Origin: an uncultured Candidatus Binatia bacterium
GTDB taxonomy: Bacteria; Desulfobacterota; Binatia; Bin18
DNA length: 64,000 bases
Direction: 5' to 3'
Assembly (NCBI GenBank): GCA_965218395.1
Contig: OZ244620.1
Location: forward strand, 1,226,818-1,290,817
Position numbers and translations under genes: made by a program. The notes below the pieces were generated by a model, which saw only the letters and a program-made list of their open reading frames with translations, searched no databases and was not told where the DNA came from. Shown here in pieces: positions 60,888 through 64,000 of this stretch (within the stretch, counting starts at the first letter, position 1; every line of letters begins with the position of its first letter).

Positions 60888-62003
60888 CTACTCTTCGTCG
60901 CGGTGTTTCCCGAGCTTGAGATAGGGCCGCGGGGAGTACGGCTCGCGGGCGCCTCGGGTCGCCAGGTCTTGGAGCAGGGCGTCGCCGAGGGCGAGGGCCA
61001 GCATGGCCTCGGCCATGGGCACGCCGCGAATGGCAACGCACGGGTCGTGCCTGCCCCTGGTGCTGATCGTTCGCGGCTGCAACTGCGTATCCAGCGTCTG
61101 CTGTGCGCGGGGCAGCGAAGACGTCGGTTTCACCACGACGCGGGCCACAATAGGGGCGCCGGACGAGATGCCGCCCAGAATACCGCCGTGATTATTACTG
61201 CGAAAGCCGTCAGCGTCCATTTCGTCGTTCATCTGACTGCCCCGCATGGCCGCGGCGGCAAAACCCGCCCCGATCTCTACGCCTTTCACTGCGGGAAGAG
61301 ACATCAGGGCACTGACAATGCTGGAATCGAGCTTGCCAAAGACCGGCTCGCCAAGACCGGGCGGAACACCGGTGGCGACCACTTCAATAATCCCGCCAAC
61401 CGAATCGCGTTCTTTACGGGCCTGTTCGACCTCCTCGCGCATGGCCGCTACGGTGTCCGGGTCAACGCTGCGCAGCTCATTGAGCTCAACCTGTTCCCAC
61501 GCATAGCGCTGCGCTCGGACGCGGCCGACCTGGACGACGCCGCCAACTATGGCTATGCCGAATTTTGCCAGGAGCTGTTTTGCCAGGGCCCCGGCGATTA
61601 CACGGCCAACCGATTCGCGGGCTGATGCCCTTCCCCCGCCGCGATAATCACGATGGCCGTATTTTGCAAAATACGTAAAGTCTGCGTGGCCGGGACGAAA
61701 GAGGTCTTTGATGTCCGCATAGTCCTTTGAGCGGGTGTCTTCGTTGAAGACCATGACCATCATGGGCGTCCCGGTGGTTTTGCCCTCATAGACACCGGAG
61801 AAGATCTCAAACTGTTCTTTTTCTTGACGTTGGGTCACCAGCTTGGACTGGCCGGGCCGGCGCCGTTGCAACTCGGTATGAATACCGGCCTGGTCAATCT
61901 CGAAGTCAGCGGGAAAACCATCGATGACCACGCCGACCGCCCGGCCATGGCTCTCACCGAAGGTTGTGACGCGCAAGCTGCTGCCGAAAGTATTGCCTGT
62001 CAT
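60888..62003 (-). CDS. aroC: Chorismate synthase
   Basis: [44 protein letters not shown]. Confidence 0.96.
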   Translation of the reverse strand: MTGNTFGSSLRVTTFGESHGRAVGVVIDGFPADFEIDQAGIHTELQRRRPGQSKLVTQRQEKEQFEIFSGVYEGKTTGTPMMVMVFNEDTRSKDYADIKDLFRPGHADFTYFAKYGHRDYRGGGRASARESVGRVIAGALAKQLLAKFGIAIVGGVVQVGRVRAQRYAWEQVELNELRSVDPDTVAAMREEVEQARKERDSVGGIIEVVATGVPPGLGEPVFGKLDSSIVSALMSLPAVKGVEIGAGFAAAAMRGSQMNDEMDADGFRSNNHGGILGGISSGAPIVARVVVKPTSSLPRAQQTLDTQLQPRTISTRGRHDPCVAIRGVPMAEAMLALALGDALLQDLATRGAREPYSPRPYLKLGKHRDEE

Positions 62004-62050
62004 CGATTCACCCGAAAACGTGTGGGGCAAAGCCCCTATGGCCGGAGACC

Positions 62051-62073
62051 CCCTCTCCCTCCGGGGGAGAGGG
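62051..62073. repeat. CCCTCTCCC-type palindromic repeat
   Basis: CCCTCTCCCTCCGGGGGAGAGGG. Confidence 0.55.
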
Positions 62074-62170
62074 AACCCAATGGTGATACTACCACGTGTA
62101 CCGCCACGAAAAAGGGGCCGCTTTATCGGCCCCCTGTCGAATGTACAGTGTGTGAGCGAAGTCGAGCAGT

Positions 62171-62578
62171 TTAGCCGTTAGATGCAACGTCCAAACGGAC
62201 CTGAGCAAGACGGAGCGTATTGTGAGCGTCCTCAAAGTCGGCGTCGGTTGGCGAAAGCGTGCTGAGTGCGGCTTCCGCCTCGCGAACCGCCTCTTGGGCT
62301 TGCGCCGCGTCGATTTCGTTGGCGTAGGCGGCCTCGGTACACAGGACAGTCATCAGGTTGTCCACCACCTCGGCGAAGCCGTCACTCACCGCTAATGACT
62401 GGGTTTGTCCGTTTTGCTTATAGGACAAGCGTCCGGGCTGGAGCGAAGACAAAAACGTGGCGTGGTCGGGGAACACGCCAAACTCCCCCACTGTGCCCGG
62501 AGCGGTGACTTCATCGACCTCCTTGTCAATGAGGAGACGCTCTGGGGTGACTAAACGCAGACGCAGGATATCGGCCAT
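62171..62578 (-). CDS. atpC: ATP synthase F1 epsilon subunit
   Basis: LVTPER, PGTVGEFGVFPDHA, GFAEV; follows atpD. Confidence 0.93.
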   Translation of the reverse strand: MADILRLRLVTPERLLIDKEVDEVTAPGTVGEFGVFPDHATFLSSLQPGRLSYKQNGQTQSLAVSDGFAEVVDNLMTVLCTEAAYANEIDAAQAQEAVREAEAALSTLSPTDADFEDAHNTLRLAQVRLDVASNG

Positions 62579-62592
62579 AATGTTCGTCTCGT

Positions 62593-63999
<1,407 letters not shown>

Positions 64000-64000
64000 C

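Overview
GC-rich bacterial chromosome segment. Gene content suggests a Deltaproteobacteria-like lineage, possibly Candidatus Binatia or a sponge symbiont; this is inference only. Housekeeping blocks sit at both ends. The left end has iscS(3' end)-iscU-iscA-hscB-hscA-iscX, sppA, 2-oxoacid:ferredoxin oxidoreductase alpha/beta, pepA, a family-5 UDG and a CbbQ/NirQ-type ATPase. The right end has aroC, atpC and atpD. The middle is rich in small-molecule catabolic enzymes, including a Baeyer-Villiger monooxygenase, esterases, an orphan Rieske oxygenase alpha subunit and an AcdA-like desulfinase. Four structures stand out. (1) A 5.2-kb transposase-free element (16335-21553) has IS6-like terminal inverted repeats and a perfect 8-bp target duplication (AGGCGGCG). 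It carries a MORC/GHKL ATPase, an unknown SAM-fold-like protein and a convergent C5-cytosine methyltransferase, a candidate undescribed defence or DNA-modification system. (2) A ParB-like/PD-(D/E)xK-like/Dam-like operon lies between two diverged 280-bp copies of the acdA 3' end. (3) A 54-55 bp palindrome occurs in the same reading frame inside two protein-coding genes. (4) Related IR-like motifs mark other accessory patches. Also present are a frameshifted RAYT with REPs, abutting IS630 and IS5 elements, an IS1380 fragment and a deleted P450. No CRISPR array, rRNA or tRNA was recognised.
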